Positions 8,781-20,399 of a stretch of DNA of 64,000 bases are shown piece after piece. The notes beneath the pieces were generated by a model that did no database searches, had not been told where the DNA came from, and saw only the letters and a program-made list of their open reading frames with translations. The stretch is taken from positions 832,001 to 896,000 of the forward strand of contig JBMNFL010000001.1 in the NCBI GenBank assembly GCA_050949315.1, in the 5' to 3' direction. The position numbers and the translations under genes were made by a program. The stretch comes from Bacilli bacterium. Its GTDB lineage: Bacteria; Bacillota_I; Bacilli_A; RFN20; UBA1709. Within the stretch, counting starts at the first letter, position 1. Every line of letters begins with the position of its first letter.

Positions 8781-10370
8781 ATGAAGTTTAGAAAAATTTT
8801 ATGTATTTTAACATTTCTCATATTATTAACTGGTTGTGGCCCGATTTTTAGTAGTTATAGTAGTAGTTCAACAAGTAGTGTTTCCACTACTTCTAGTTCT
8901 TTATCTTCTACCAGTTCCAGCGTCAATAATAAAACCTTAACAATTTATGCTATTAACGATTTTCATGGAGCCGTTAAAGAAGCGAATATTGTTAGATTAG
9001 GCTCCTATTTGAAAGAAAAGAAGCAGAGTGAAGATGCCTTACTAATAAACTCTGGTGATTATTGGCAAGGTTCTATCGAATCTAATCATAATCGTGGGAA
9101 ACTATTGACCGATGTTTCTAATTATGTCCAATTTGATTGTTTAACTTTAGGCAATCATGAGTTTGATTGGGGTCAAAAATATATTCGCGAAAATAGATTG
9201 CGCAAGGATGAGGAAAGTTTTTATCAAACACCATTTTTAGCAGCCAATATTTATCGTTATGATTTAGCAACTAAGACCATAGGCGAATATGCTGATCTAG
9301 GAGAAAAATATGTAATAAGGGAACTAAATAATGGTTTAAAAGTAGGGATTATTGGTGTAATTGGTTCTAATCTAACAGCTTCGATAACTTCAACCCATGT
9401 TGATGATTTAATCTTTGTTGATCCAGTAAATACTATCAAAGAACTATCCGATGAGTTAAGAGTCCAAAAGAGTTGTGATGTTGTTATTGCCAGTTGTCAC
9501 TGTGATGAAGATGATATCAGTGAAGAGTTAACCTTGAAGAGTTCAGTTAGTAATAGACGTTATGTGGATGCTGTATTTTGTGGACATAGTCATCAGGATG
9601 AATACAAAGTTGTTAATGATGTTCCTTATATCCAAACCAATGGTTATGGCAGTTCAATCAGTTATATTAAATTAGAAGAGAAAAGTGATAATAGTTTCCA
9701 AACTATTAATTGTTATAACATCGTTCCCGAAGATTTAATAGTTAATGAAGACGTTAAACTAAAAACACTAGTAAAAAATTATACAGATGTAAGCGATAGT
9801 TTAGCTAGTGAAGTATTATGTACGTTCAGTGGCGGTTTTCACTATTTAGAACAACTACCAAATCTTGTTTGCACAGCTTTGGCTTACTATGCGGTTAAGA
9901 ATGATATAAGTGTTGATTATACTATGGTTAATCGTTCGCGTTGTAGTTTGGCTAATCGAAGTATTACGTATGGTGATTTATATCGAGCCCTACCTTTTGA
10001 TAATGAGGTTCAGATAGTTGAGGTCTTAGGTCAAGATTTACTTAATTGTGCTAGAAGTAATAATATCTATCGTTTCAATCCCGAGGCTATTAATAAGAGT
10101 CAAGTTTATAAAATAGCGGTTATTGATTATTTATCTACTCATCGTAATTCAAATCGCGAATATGATAATTTTCCTAATTTAAAAATTATTGGTAGTTTCA
10201 CTAAAGAAGGAGAAGATCTTTATAATTATCGCGATATAACAGCCGATTTCTTAAGAAACTTTAGAGAGGAAACTTTAGACAGCAGCTCCTTCAATTCAGA
10301 TTCAGATTATTATAATGTCAACAATTTAGAAAAAAGTGTTGTTTTACCATCCAATCCCTACCTTAGTTAA
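8781..10370 (+). CDS. lipoprotein bifunctional metallophosphatase / 5'-nucleotidase
   Basis: Lipobox LLTGC, Ser-rich linker, NDFHG, SGDYWQGS, GNHEFDWG, GHSH, LPFDN. Confidence 0.9.
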   Translation: MKFRKILCILTFLILLTGCGPIFSSYSSSSTSSVSTTSSSLSSTSSSVNNKTLTIYAINDFHGAVKEANIVRLGSYLKEKKQSEDALLINSGDYWQGSIESNHNRGKLLTDVSNYVQFDCLTLGNHEFDWGQKYIRENRLRKDEESFYQTPFLAANIYRYDLATKTIGEYADLGEKYVIRELNNGLKVGIIGVIGSNLTASITSTHVDDLIFVDPVNTIKELSDELRVQKSCDVVIASCHCDEDDISEELTLKSSVSNRRYVDAVFCGHSHQDEYKVVNDVPYIQTNGYGSSISYIKLEEKSDNSFQTINCYNIVPEDLIVNEDVKLKTLVKNYTDVSDSLASEVLCTFSGGFHYLEQLPNLVCTALAYYAVKNDISVDYTMVNRSRCSLANRSITYGDLYRALPFDNEVQIVEVLGQDLLNCARSNNIYRFNPEAINKSQVYKIAVIDYLSTHRNSNREYDNFPNLKIIGSFTKEGEDLYNYRDITADFLRNFREETLDSSSFNSDSDYYNVNNLEKSVVLPSNPYLS

Positions 10371-10430
10371 ATATTGATTAAATTTTAAAAGATGATAAAA
10401 TGATTAAGAATAGTTAAAGGAGAAGAAAAA

Positions 10431-10682
10431 ATGCTTGAATATAAATTTGATACCCAGTTATTAATTGCCGGGGATAATTTGTCGGAAGACGAAATCTTTG
10501 ATTGGATTACCGCCAATATTGAGGGCGATTGCCTTTTAGCAGTTGGTGATGAAGAATTGATTAAAATTCATTTTCACACCAATACTCCTTGGCGCGTCTT
10601 AGAATATGCGGCATCGTTAGGCGAAATCTACGATATTGTTGTTGAAAACATGGAAAGACAAGCCAGCGGATTAAAGGGGTAA
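10431..10682 (+). CDS. small stand-alone protein resembling the DAK2/FakA middle domain
   Basis: GDCLLAVGDEELIKIHFHTNTPWRVLEYAASLGEIYDIVVENMERQ matches the FakA KVHVHT...GEL..IKIENM segment. Confidence 0.75.
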   Translation: MLEYKFDTQLLIAGDNLSEDEIFDWITANIEGDCLLAVGDEELIKIHFHTNTPWRVLEYAASLGEIYDIVVENMERQASGLKG

Positions 10683-10903
10683 TAACAAGTAGAAAATAAA
10701 AGTCCATCTGGACTTTTTCTTTTTAAAAAAGTATGGAAAAAGGCTAGGAATAATTAAATCGACCCTTTATTTAAAAATCAAAATTAAGATATATCAGAAG
10801 CTTTCTCAAAGTGTAACATATGTCTTGATAGTTGAGGTCAAAAAAATGTAATAATTTTCAACATATGTTGAAAAAACCAAGCCTTCTTAATATAATAAAA
10901 AGT

Positions 10904-11983
10904 ATGATAAAAGCGAAATATTTAGTCAGTGCCTGCTTAGCAGGAAGCAAATGCCGTTACGATGGCAAAAGCAATTATAACAAACGAGTAGCCACCCTTG
11001 TTAAAGAGGGCTTCGGTCTTTTAATTTGCCCTGAAGTTATGGGAGGTTTAAGCATCCCGCGGGTTTGTTGTGAACAACAAGGGAAACGCGTTATTAATAA
11101 AGATGGTCTTGATAAGACTCTTGAGTTTGAAAAAGGTGCCAAGAAAGTCCTTAAATATGCTAGGCAAAAAGGCATAAAGAAAGCCATTTTAAAAACTAAT
11201 AGCCCTTCTTGTGGTATTGAGCAAGTTTATGATGGCAGTTTTAGTCGTAAATTAATCGCTGGGCAAGGTGTTTGTGCCAAACTTTTGGCAGCCAATGGTT
11301 TTGAACTCTACAGTGAAAAAACCAAACCCTATTATGATGTCGTAATTGTGGCGGCTGGTAGTGGAAGGCGAGCGGAATTAGGTTATAACAAAATGTTCTA
11401 TCACAGTGGTTATATGACGGTTATTGAAAGTGCTGTTGAACCTTTTGTCAGTGACTATTTATGCAATCAAGTCATTGTTGTTTGTCAACCCGAAGAACGC
11501 GTTTTCTTTACTTCTTTACTACCCTTTGAAAAGGTTAAATATGCCGATGGTGGGGCTTCGCGAGAGGAAAGTGTATATAATGGGGTCAAATTAGTAAAAA
11601 GCCCCAATGTTTTAATTCATGATGGCGCGCGGGCTTATTTAACAGAAAAGCTTGTTGGGCGCTTATTGAAGGAACTTCAAAAAGGACGTTCTTGTATCGT
11701 TCCTTACTTAATAAAAACTGATGATCAAAAAGATTATATAAGCGAAGGTAAAGCCATTCAAACACCACAAGCTTTTAAAACGGGGAAACTCTTAAAAGTT
11801 TTAGAAAAAGCCAAGGATAATTTGGCCGATTATCGTGATGAAAGCAGTATTGTTAAGGCGTATAGTCGCATGAAAGTAAATTATATTATCGGCGAGGAAA
11901 GCAATTTGAAATTGACCGATAAAGAAGATTTAGTAAAATGGGCGGAATGGCAACGCGAAGAGGAAAGAAAAAGTGAAGATTAG
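10904..11983 (+). CDS. fusion of DUF523 (2-thiouracil desulfurase-like) and IspD/TarI-like cytidylyltransferase
   Basis: N-half SACLAG..CRYDG, CPEVMGGL..PR, SPSCG. C-half AAGSGRR...NK, GGASREESVYNG, LIHDGAR, QTPQAF, NLKLT..EDL. ATG 10904 lies just after a TATAAT. Confidence 0.85.
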   Translation: MIKAKYLVSACLAGSKCRYDGKSNYNKRVATLVKEGFGLLICPEVMGGLSIPRVCCEQQGKRVINKDGLDKTLEFEKGAKKVLKYARQKGIKKAILKTNSPSCGIEQVYDGSFSRKLIAGQGVCAKLLAANGFELYSEKTKPYYDVVIVAAGSGRRAELGYNKMFYHSGYMTVIESAVEPFVSDYLCNQVIVVCQPEERVFFTSLLPFEKVKYADGGASREESVYNGVKLVKSPNVLIHDGARAYLTEKLVGRLLKELQKGRSCIVPYLIKTDDQKDYISEGKAIQTPQAFKTGKLLKVLEKAKDNLADYRDESSIVKAYSRMKVNYIIGEESNLKLTDKEDLVKWAEWQREEERKSED

Positions 11984-12902
11984 AGTTAGTAAAGAAGTTC
12001 AAAAGGCTTTAGATACTAAGAGTCCCATCGTTGCTTTAGAATCAACGATTATTTCGCATGGTATGCCTTATCCCGAAAATATTAAAACGGCCCTAAAGGT
12101 GGAAGAAGAAATTAGAAAAAATGGCGCAATTCCAGCAACTATTGCTGTTTTAGATGGCGAATGCGTAATTGGTCTTAGTTCTAAAGAAATAAAAGCCTTT
12201 GGTCAAAGAAAGGATCTTTTAAAGGTTAGCCGTCGAGATTTAGCCTATGTCGTAGCCAAAAAATTAAGTGGGGGAACAACGGTAGCTGCCACTTTATTTT
12301 TAGCCGAAAAAGTGGGCATTAAAGTGTTTGTAACGGGAGGCATTGGCGGAGTTCATCGTGGTGCCCAAACAAGTTTTGATATCTCAGCCGATTTAGATGA
12401 ATTGGCTAACAGTTCACTGACTCTTATTTGTGCGGGAGCTAAAGCCATTTTAGATTTACCCTTAACTTTGGAATATTTAGAGACAAAAGGTGTCGCGGTT
12501 TATGGTTATAAAACAACTAAACTTCCGGCTTTTTATAGTTCAGATAGTCCTTACAAGGTTGATTATAAACTGGATAGTCCTGAAGAAATCGCCTTGGTAA
12601 TGGCAAGTAAAGAAGCTTTAAAGATTAAGGGCGGACTTTTAATTGCTAATCCTTTACCAGATGCTTATTCCTGTGACTATGAAGAGATGGAAAGATATAT
12701 TAAAAAGGCTTTGGTGAGTTTAGAAAAAGAAGGGATTTATGGTAAAGAAACAACACCCTATCTTTTAACTAAAATAGCCGAGTTAAGTGGTGGTAAGAGT
12801 TTAGAAAGCAATATTGCTTTAATTATCAATAATGCCCAGTTAGGCGCCAAGATTGCTTGTGCCTACTTTAAATTACAGAAAGAAGGTGACCACGATGGTT
12901 AG
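11973..12902 (+). CDS. psuG: pseudouridine-5'-phosphate glycosidase
   Basis: VALESTIISHGMPYPEN, KVSRRDL, TGGIGGVHRGA, DISADL, CAGAKAILDL, TPYLL. Confidence 0.95.
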   Translation: MKIRVSKEVQKALDTKSPIVALESTIISHGMPYPENIKTALKVEEEIRKNGAIPATIAVLDGECVIGLSSKEIKAFGQRKDLLKVSRRDLAYVVAKKLSGGTTVAATLFLAEKVGIKVFVTGGIGGVHRGAQTSFDISADLDELANSSLTLICAGAKAILDLPLTLEYLETKGVAVYGYKTTKLPAFYSSDSPYKVDYKLDSPEEIALVMASKEALKIKGGLLIANPLPDAYSCDYEEMERYIKKALVSLEKEGIYGKETTPYLLTKIAELSGGKSLESNIALIINNAQLGAKIACAYFKLQKEGDHDG

Positions 12903-13419
12903 AGTTCGTTCTAATATCCTTTTTAAGGATTATGTGAATTACGTTTTTATGGCTTTAAAAAAGAAAAAAATCATTTTAGTTGCGATGATTGTTTGCGCTG
13001 CTGCCATAGTTTTTTTGGCCATCAATTTAATTATTAATGCGACAAAAGGCAATTTGCAATTTATTAATTATTTACCTTTATTTGTTATTGTGGCCTTATT
13101 AATCTTTTATTTTGGTTTATTTTACGGAATGACATCAAAACAATATCGTAGAGGCAAACTTTCTTTCCAAGAAGAGAGCGATTATATCTTTTTGAACAAT
13201 AAATTCGTAATTGCTAGAGCGGGAACCGATAGTGGTTATGATATTTTTTATAATTCAATTATTGAAATTATTGAAACTAAGAAACGCCTTTATTTTTTCG
13301 TTGCTGACAATAAATCTTTTATGATAAAAAAAGAAAATTTCATCAGTGGAGACATTGTCAAATTAAGATCCTTGCTTACTGAACAGTGTAAAACAGCTAA
13401 GAAACGGTTGAAAAAGTAG
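12895..13419 (+). CDS. YcxB-like membrane protein
   Basis: Two TM helices followed by a soluble domain ending IIETKKRLYFF...FMIKK. Confidence 0.6.
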   Translation: MVRVRSNILFKDYVNYVFMALKKKKIILVAMIVCAAAIVFLAINLIINATKGNLQFINYLPLFVIVALLIFYFGLFYGMTSKQYRRGKLSFQEESDYIFLNNKFVIARAGTDSGYDIFYNSIIEIIETKKRLYFFVADNKSFMIKKENFISGDIVKLRSLLTEQCKTAKKRLKK

Positions 13420-14508
13420 GTGAACTTTATGATTGGGGAAAAGGAAAAAATCTTTTTAGCAGAAATCTTTGTTAAGGACATCAACAATCATTTTCTATTT
13501 GATGTTTTAGAAAACTACATTTTAGCTAAACCCGAAAATGTAGCGCTTATTTCGCAACTTTTTTCCTGTCCAATCGATAAAATTGGAACAAGTCAAGTAA
13601 TCTACTTACTCAGTAAAGTCGTAGTTGCCATCCACCGTGCCAATAAGTTAATGATGAGTGCAAATGAAGAAAAGAACGCCTTAAAATCTGAAACATATAA
13701 AGAAGAATTAGCCAGTGAAACAATGGAACAAGCCCGCATTGCCCCTTTAAATTTACAGGGCTTAGAAAACACCAACACTTTCTTAAATGAGCCCTATGTG
13801 GCACCCGCCTTTATTTATTCTAATATTATTGTTCATGCTATCGTGGACAATCGTGATTTATCTTTAAAGGAAATAAAGAAAAATAAAGTGACCATCAATC
13901 TTATTTATGAAGCTTGTAAATCGGTAATTTCCATTATGGTTTTGTTCCAACTAGGTGCCCATTCCCAAGCGATTACAGTCTATCGCAATCTCTTAGAGCA
14001 GATGGTCAAATTGAAGATCATAGAGTTATATCCTGAAACCCGAGCATCCTATTGCCGTTTTTGTGATTATAATGTCGCCTATCAAAATGGCCGGCCCTCA
14101 AAACAGTTTTTAAAAGAGCTTGAAGAAAAGAAAATTCGTAAAGCCTGGACTCAAAACTTTTTGATGTATGGTTGGTTAGATGCTATCGACACTTACAATC
14201 ACAACTATAGTTTTAAGTCAGCGACTGACTTATTTAGCGACGGCCCCAACATTTATAAACTCTATGAATACGCTAGTCGTTTCACTCATTCCATTCACAT
14301 TGGTTTAGAGTATAATTGGGAAAATTTAAAATATTATTTTTTGATCAATACTTTAAGTCTCTTCCGCTTTGTGGCGGACACTTATCGAAAATATACGAAA
14401 AATAAAGAAGAAATCGTCAATGGTATCAATATTTATGATTTAATGGTTAAAAATGGCGATCGCTTACAAAAAATAGTTTCTTATTTAAGTACAACACAAT
14501 TCGCTTAA
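13420..14508 (+). CDS. hypothetical protein, C-terminal DUF5677-like helical domain
   Basis: A.TVYRNLLEQ and LYEYASRFTHS motifs; translationally coupled within the operon. Confidence 0.45.
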   Translation: MNFMIGEKEKIFLAEIFVKDINNHFLFDVLENYILAKPENVALISQLFSCPIDKIGTSQVIYLLSKVVVAIHRANKLMMSANEEKNALKSETYKEELASETMEQARIAPLNLQGLENTNTFLNEPYVAPAFIYSNIIVHAIVDNRDLSLKEIKKNKVTINLIYEACKSVISIMVLFQLGAHSQAITVYRNLLEQMVKLKIIELYPETRASYCRFCDYNVAYQNGRPSKQFLKELEEKKIRKAWTQNFLMYGWLDAIDTYNHNYSFKSATDLFSDGPNIYKLYEYASRFTHSIHIGLEYNWENLKYYFLINTLSLFRFVADTYRKYTKNKEEIVNGINIYDLMVKNGDRLQKIVSYLSTTQFA

Positions 14509-14537
14509 GATATGGTACAATGTAAAACGTTGAGGGG

Positions 14538-14945
14538 TTGAAAGAAATGCGCGACGAAAAAGTTATAGCCATGCAAAAAGTTGATAACGCAAATTTTGAG
14601 ATGAAAATTTATGTCATCAATTTTGGAGCCCCGGTTTACAAAAGAAAATATCGTTATTTACCAACGACAATTGAAGTGGATTATACGCCTTTAAAAGAAG
14701 GAAAACGCTTGAGTTTTTCTATTAGAGGTTGGAGTGAAGACTGTTTTAAAAAGAGAATGCACTTAGGTGGTTATGCGACAGGGACAACATCTTTTCCCTT
14801 AAAAAAGCGCTTTGTCATCAAAGTGCCTTGTGATTTAGTTCATGAAGTTCAGAAAATCATTTTTTTGGTTGAGGTTTATAGCAATTTGATAACACATAAA
14901 GGCATCAAAAGAGAGTTTACAATTCGGCATAAAATAGAAGACTAG
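14538..14945 (+). CDS. hypothetical protein
   Basis: ORF with GAGGGG RBS and host-like composition. Confidence 0.5.
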   Translation: MKEMRDEKVIAMQKVDNANFEMKIYVINFGAPVYKRKYRYLPTTIEVDYTPLKEGKRLSFSIRGWSEDCFKKRMHLGGYATGTTSFPLKKRFVIKVPCDLVHEVQKIIFLVEVYSNLITHKGIKREFTIRHKIED

Positions 14946-14967
14946 CTAAAAGCCAGGCGTTTTCTAA

Positions 14968-16605
<1,638 letters not shown>

Positions 16606-16607
16606 AA

Positions 16608-16952
16608 ATGGAAAAGAAGAAACACTTGTATATCCTTTGGACTAATCCAGATCCTTTGACAGCGAAGTTAATGGTAATGATGTATGCGACCAATAGTCTT
16701 CTAAGAGAATGGTGGGAAGAGGTTACCGTTTGTATTTGGGGTGCGACCACTAAATTGGTTGCGGAGAATTTAGAAATCCAAGCCGAAGTTTTAAAAGCCC
16801 AGAAAGCTGGTGTTAAGTTTGAGGCTTGTATTGCCTGTGCTAGAGAACTTGGCGTGATTGAGGATTTAGAAAAATTAGGTGTTAAGGTCTTTTCTTGGGG
16901 CCCAGAATTAACAGAACGTTTAAAAAATGATGACAAACTAATCACCGTTTAG
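16608..16952 (+). CDS. DsrE-family protein
   Basis: MYATNSL..WWEEVTVCIWGA, ACIACA. Confidence 0.8.
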   Translation: MEKKKHLYILWTNPDPLTAKLMVMMYATNSLLREWWEEVTVCIWGATTKLVAENLEIQAEVLKAQKAGVKFEACIACARELGVIEDLEKLGVKVFSWGPELTERLKNDDKLITV

Positions 16953-16998
16953 TTATAATAATCATTGTTTAGTTGCAAGTTATTTAAGAGGAGGAAAA

Positions 16999-17517
16999 AT
17001 GGAAAAGAAATTAGAAGACTATGTATTAACCATTCCTGATTTTCCCGAGCCGGGCACGATGTTTAGGGACATCACTTCGGTACTCCAAAGCTCCGAAGGT
17101 CTAAATTTAGCCATTAAGGAATTGGAGAAAGTTGTTAAGAACTTAGATTTTGATCTAGTTGCTGGAACGGAGTCGCGCGGCTTTATTTTTGGTATGCCTA
17201 TCGCCTACAATCTGCGCAAGCCTTTTATTCCCGTTCGCAAAAAGGGAAAATTACCTCGCGAAACTTTAGCCATTGATTATAATTTAGAATATGGTAAAGC
17301 CACTTTAGAGATTCATAAAGATGCGATTCTTAAGGGACAAAGAGTTGTTTTAATTGATGATCTTATCGCTACAGGAGGCACCTTAGCGGCGGCCATTAAA
17401 CTGATTGAAAAATTAGGAGGCCTCGTCGTTGCGGTAGTGGTTTTAATGGAATTAGAAAGCATGCATGGTCGCAGAGCCCTTAAAAATTATCCTTTATATT
17501 CTATTCTTAAATATTAA
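16999..17517 (+). CDS. apt: adenine phosphoribosyltransferase
   Basis: IPDFPEPG.MFRDIT, ESRGFIFG, RKKGKLP, LEYG, LIDDLIATGGT. Confidence 0.97.
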   Translation: MEKKLEDYVLTIPDFPEPGTMFRDITSVLQSSEGLNLAIKELEKVVKNLDFDLVAGTESRGFIFGMPIAYNLRKPFIPVRKKGKLPRETLAIDYNLEYGKATLEIHKDAILKGQRVVLIDDLIATGGTLAAAIKLIEKLGGLVVAVVVLMELESMHGRRALKNYPLYSILKY

Positions 17518-17530
17518 ATAACTGACAAAT

Positions 17531-17555
17531 AAAACTCTCCTGCAAGAGTTTTTTT
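17531..17555. terminator. bidirectional terminator between convergent apt and O-antigen-ligase genes
   Basis: AAAACTCT-cctgca-AGAGTTTT with A/T tails on both sides. Confidence 0.65.
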
Positions 17556-17562
17556 GTTTATT

Positions 17563-18915
17563 CTAAAAGGGTAACATTAAATCTTCACGAGGACTTCTTT
17601 CCGCCTGTCCTAGAATTAAAACCAAGATAAAAAGATAAACAAAATTAAAATAAGAAACATCAATCAATCCGTAAAGTCCGCTGCCTACCATCCCAAAAAG
17701 AACTAGAGTTTTAAATGTATTACGCCTAAATAATAAGATGAAATACTTTTGAATAAAGTGAAGGCCATAAGCCGCGCAGCCCACTAAACCTAGCTTAGCC
17801 ATAATATCAAGAACAGTTGAGTGATAAAAACCAATTACTGCATCGGTACTAGCGCTGTAATTAGTACCTTCTCCCAAAAGTCGGTTATTTTTAAAGGTTT
17901 CTATAGCTTTAGGATATAAAGGATCAGGTCCATCCCAACGCCCCGAACTATCAAAAATGCCCTCTTCAATAAGGGTATCTAAAAAGTGTTGAGCATGGAT
18001 TTTAACGATGTCCCAACTATGGACACATAAACCTGTTATCAAAACTAAAGAGAGTAGACAATAAAGTACCAAAAGCTTTTTTTGTTTCTTCTTGGTTTTT
18101 TTGAAAACATAGATAAGAGTGATGATAAAAGTTGGGATTAAAACCCCAATACCCCCTCGTGAAAGGGTGGCAAGACAAGCTAGGAATTGTAAGAAGAGTA
18201 ACAAGACATGGATGGGGTTAATTCTGTCTTGTAAAAGAGAGTAGGCACTAACAGGTATAATCATTACTAAAATTAGGGCGATGGTATTAGTATTGGCCCA
18301 TTTGACTGAAAGGCTATCAAAGGGACTATGGGCGTCGAAATAGTTAGAAAACACTTGAAAAGCAATTACTGTTCCCATATAAAGCAAGGTTTTAGCAAAA
18401 TACCGATTATCCACTCTGTTATTCGTAAAAGAGAGAATAAGATACATAAAAAGAATAACGGCGTAGGCTAAAACATCGCTATGTCGATAGACGAAAATCA
18501 CATCAACACCATTGGTATTAGTGCCACTTAGGAACATGGAAACGCCAATGGCTATAAAACCAAGTAGTAGCCAGCAGGAATTAAATTTAAAATTACGAAG
18601 CAAAAAATAAACACTTTCAACAATGATTAGAACTGCTAAAAGTGCAAGATAAGCTAAGGGTAGTTCGGCTAAGATCTCTGCGTTATTTAAGCCATGGATA
18701 TCTGTCCTAGCGATATTCATTATTAAGGCGGCTATGGTTAAAGCCAGTAGTGGTGAAGAATCATCTTGAGTGAAGACAATGGCTGAATAAACAACAAAAA
18801 TAAAGGTTCCGCTTATAATTGGTGAGAAACCCAGGGTCCAATTTAAAATGGTAAATAGAGCGATAAATAAAAGATAATATTCACTGCGGAAAAAAGCATT
18901 AAAAACCTTTTTCAT
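17563..18915 (-). CDS. O-antigen ligase / Wzy-like polytopic membrane protein
   Basis: About 12 TM helices; NTN.IA, TLSRGG, SGR...A...F....LLGEG, YHSTVLD....LGLVG. Confidence 0.8.
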   Translation of the reverse strand: MKKVFNAFFRSEYYLLFIALFTILNWTLGFSPIISGTFIFVVYSAIVFTQDDSSPLLALTIAALIMNIARTDIHGLNNAEILAELPLAYLALLAVLIIVESVYFLLRNFKFNSCWLLLGFIAIGVSMFLSGTNTNGVDVIFVYRHSDVLAYAVILFMYLILSFTNNRVDNRYFAKTLLYMGTVIAFQVFSNYFDAHSPFDSLSVKWANTNTIALILVMIIPVSAYSLLQDRINPIHVLLLFLQFLACLATLSRGGIGVLIPTFIITLIYVFKKTKKKQKKLLVLYCLLSLVLITGLCVHSWDIVKIHAQHFLDTLIEEGIFDSSGRWDGPDPLYPKAIETFKNNRLLGEGTNYSASTDAVIGFYHSTVLDIMAKLGLVGCAAYGLHFIQKYFILLFRRNTFKTLVLFGMVGSGLYGLIDVSYFNFVYLFILVLILGQAERSPREDLMLPF

Positions 18916-19017
18916 CCAAGCATCACCTTATTGATTATAATAAACTTAAATAAAAGTAGCAATTAAAAGAAAAAGTTCTTATCTTGAATAAAGGGTGTGC
19001 TATAATTAACTAGCAAT

Positions 19018-19094
19018 CGGGGTGTAGCGCAGCTTGGTAGCGCGTTTGGTTCGGGACCAAAAGGCCGCGAGTTCGAATCTCGCCACTCCGACCA
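19018..19094 (+). tRNA. tRNA-Pro (CGG)
   Basis: CGGGGTG...CACTCCG-ACCA; anticodon arm TTTGG-TTCGGGA-CCAAA; GTTCGAAT; upstream TTGAAT...TATAAT promoter and downstream terminator 19106-19131. Confidence 0.95.
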
Positions 19095-19264
19095 ATTAAG
19101 AAAAGAAGTCTAGAAAAAACTAGACTTTTTTGAATAATTTTAAAGAAAGAAAGCGAAATAAAAACAAGGCTAACGCAGAAAAATGCGGAATCCGCAAAAA
19201 TATTAAATAGAGAAACTAGACTTTTATCTATTTTAAAAGGTAAAATTAAAAGGAGGTTTAAAAG

Positions 19265-20122
19265 ATGAAATTTATCAACGCAATCACAACGATTAATAAA
19301 GTGTTTCCTAACGGAGTTTTTAATTTAGAGAAATGGAAAGAATATATCCATTTTTATTTACCAGATAAGAGCCACCTTTTCTTAGAAGACATGCAAGAAG
19401 TCTTATCTAAGGGTTTTAGTTATGATAAAGACTATCTTCCCTTATTTCAAAGGGTTTATGAGGATAGCAAAACGCGTTTAGAAATTGTAAAGAATTTTGA
19501 ATCAATCACTACGGGTTTAAATGAAAAGATTCAACAAACATTTAAACGAAGCATTGAGGCCACCATCATGCTTTATCTAGGTCTTGGTAATGGGGCGGGG
19601 TGGGCCTTAGAAATTGACGACAAGGCTTATGTTCTTTTAGGGATTGAAAAAATTATGGAATTAAACTGGGGTGATAAAAAAACTTTAACTAGTTTAATTA
19701 ATCATGAATTAGGACATCTTTATCAAGCACAGTATGGTGTTTTAGCAAGAACTTTTAAAAAGCCTAGTTCGCACTTCCTTTGGCAACTATTTACTGAGGG
19801 GGTGGCCATGTATTTTGAACAGACATTGCTTAATGATTATGATTATTTTCATCAGGATAAAGATGGCTGGTTAAGTTGGTGTGAACAAAATCAAAAAAGC
19901 ATCAAAGAAGACTTTGCTAAAGATTTAGAAAGTATGAGTTTTTCTAATCAACGTTATTTTGGTGATTGGGTTTATTATCAGGGTAAAAGTGATGTGGGTT
20001 ACTATCTAGGTGCGCGCTTTGTTCAGTTCATCTGTCGCAAATTTTTATTTGCGGATATTTTAAGATTTTCTCTAAAACAGGTGCAAAAAGAGTTCAATTG
20101 TTTCATAAAAGCCGATGAATAA
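19265..20122 (+). CDS. putative Zn-dependent protease (DUF2268/DUF5700-like)
   Basis: HELGH zinc motif, downstream FTEGVAMYF third ligand, GYYLG. Confidence 0.65.
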   Translation: MKFINAITTINKVFPNGVFNLEKWKEYIHFYLPDKSHLFLEDMQEVLSKGFSYDKDYLPLFQRVYEDSKTRLEIVKNFESITTGLNEKIQQTFKRSIEATIMLYLGLGNGAGWALEIDDKAYVLLGIEKIMELNWGDKKTLTSLINHELGHLYQAQYGVLARTFKKPSSHFLWQLFTEGVAMYFEQTLLNDYDYFHQDKDGWLSWCEQNQKSIKEDFAKDLESMSFSNQRYFGDWVYYQGKSDVGYYLGARFVQFICRKFLFADILRFSLKQVQKEFNCFIKADE

Positions 20123-20207
20123 TAATCAAAAAAGGTGCTAAAAATCAAGGAATTTAGTAAAAAAAGCAAAAAAAATAAAAAAAAGTGAAAAATTTTTAAA
20201 AAAAGGT

Positions 20208-20236
20208 TTGCAATCTCTAAAAATATATGTTTTAAT
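20208..20236 (+). promoter_or_regulatory. sigma-A promoter upstream of the riboswitch
   Basis: TTGCAA (20208) - 17 bp - TTTAAT (20231), with extended -10 TG and an A-rich UP element. Confidence 0.65.
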
Positions 20237-20346
20237 ATGCTCGGCAAAGCTATGGAAACATAGTGACGCAAAGCTATAGGGCCTCAAATGGTAGCCAGTT
20301 GCACGAAAGGTCGACAATTGGTTAATATTTGAGGCCTTTTAGTTTC
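20237..20346 (+). ncRNA. cyclic-di-GMP-I (GEMM) riboswitch with terminator expression platform
   Basis: GGCAAA-gctatg-GAAA-catagt-GACGCAAAGCTATAGGGCCT...GGTAGCCAGTTGC matches the GEMM-I consensus. The aptamer 3' half pairs with 20315-20338 to form a terminator. Confidence 0.9.
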
Positions 20347-20399
20347 TAAGGAGGGAAGAAGTTTAACAACAAAACACCAAAACCTTAGAAAAAGCCAGA

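Noticed and set aside
8855-8925. AGT/TCT-rich low-complexity tract
   Set aside because: It encodes an ordinary Ser/Thr linker after the lipobox.
19018-19094. tRNA-Pro as the prophage/island attachment site
   Set aside because: No duplicated tRNA 3' end or tyrosine integrase was seen, and host-like genes continue downstream.
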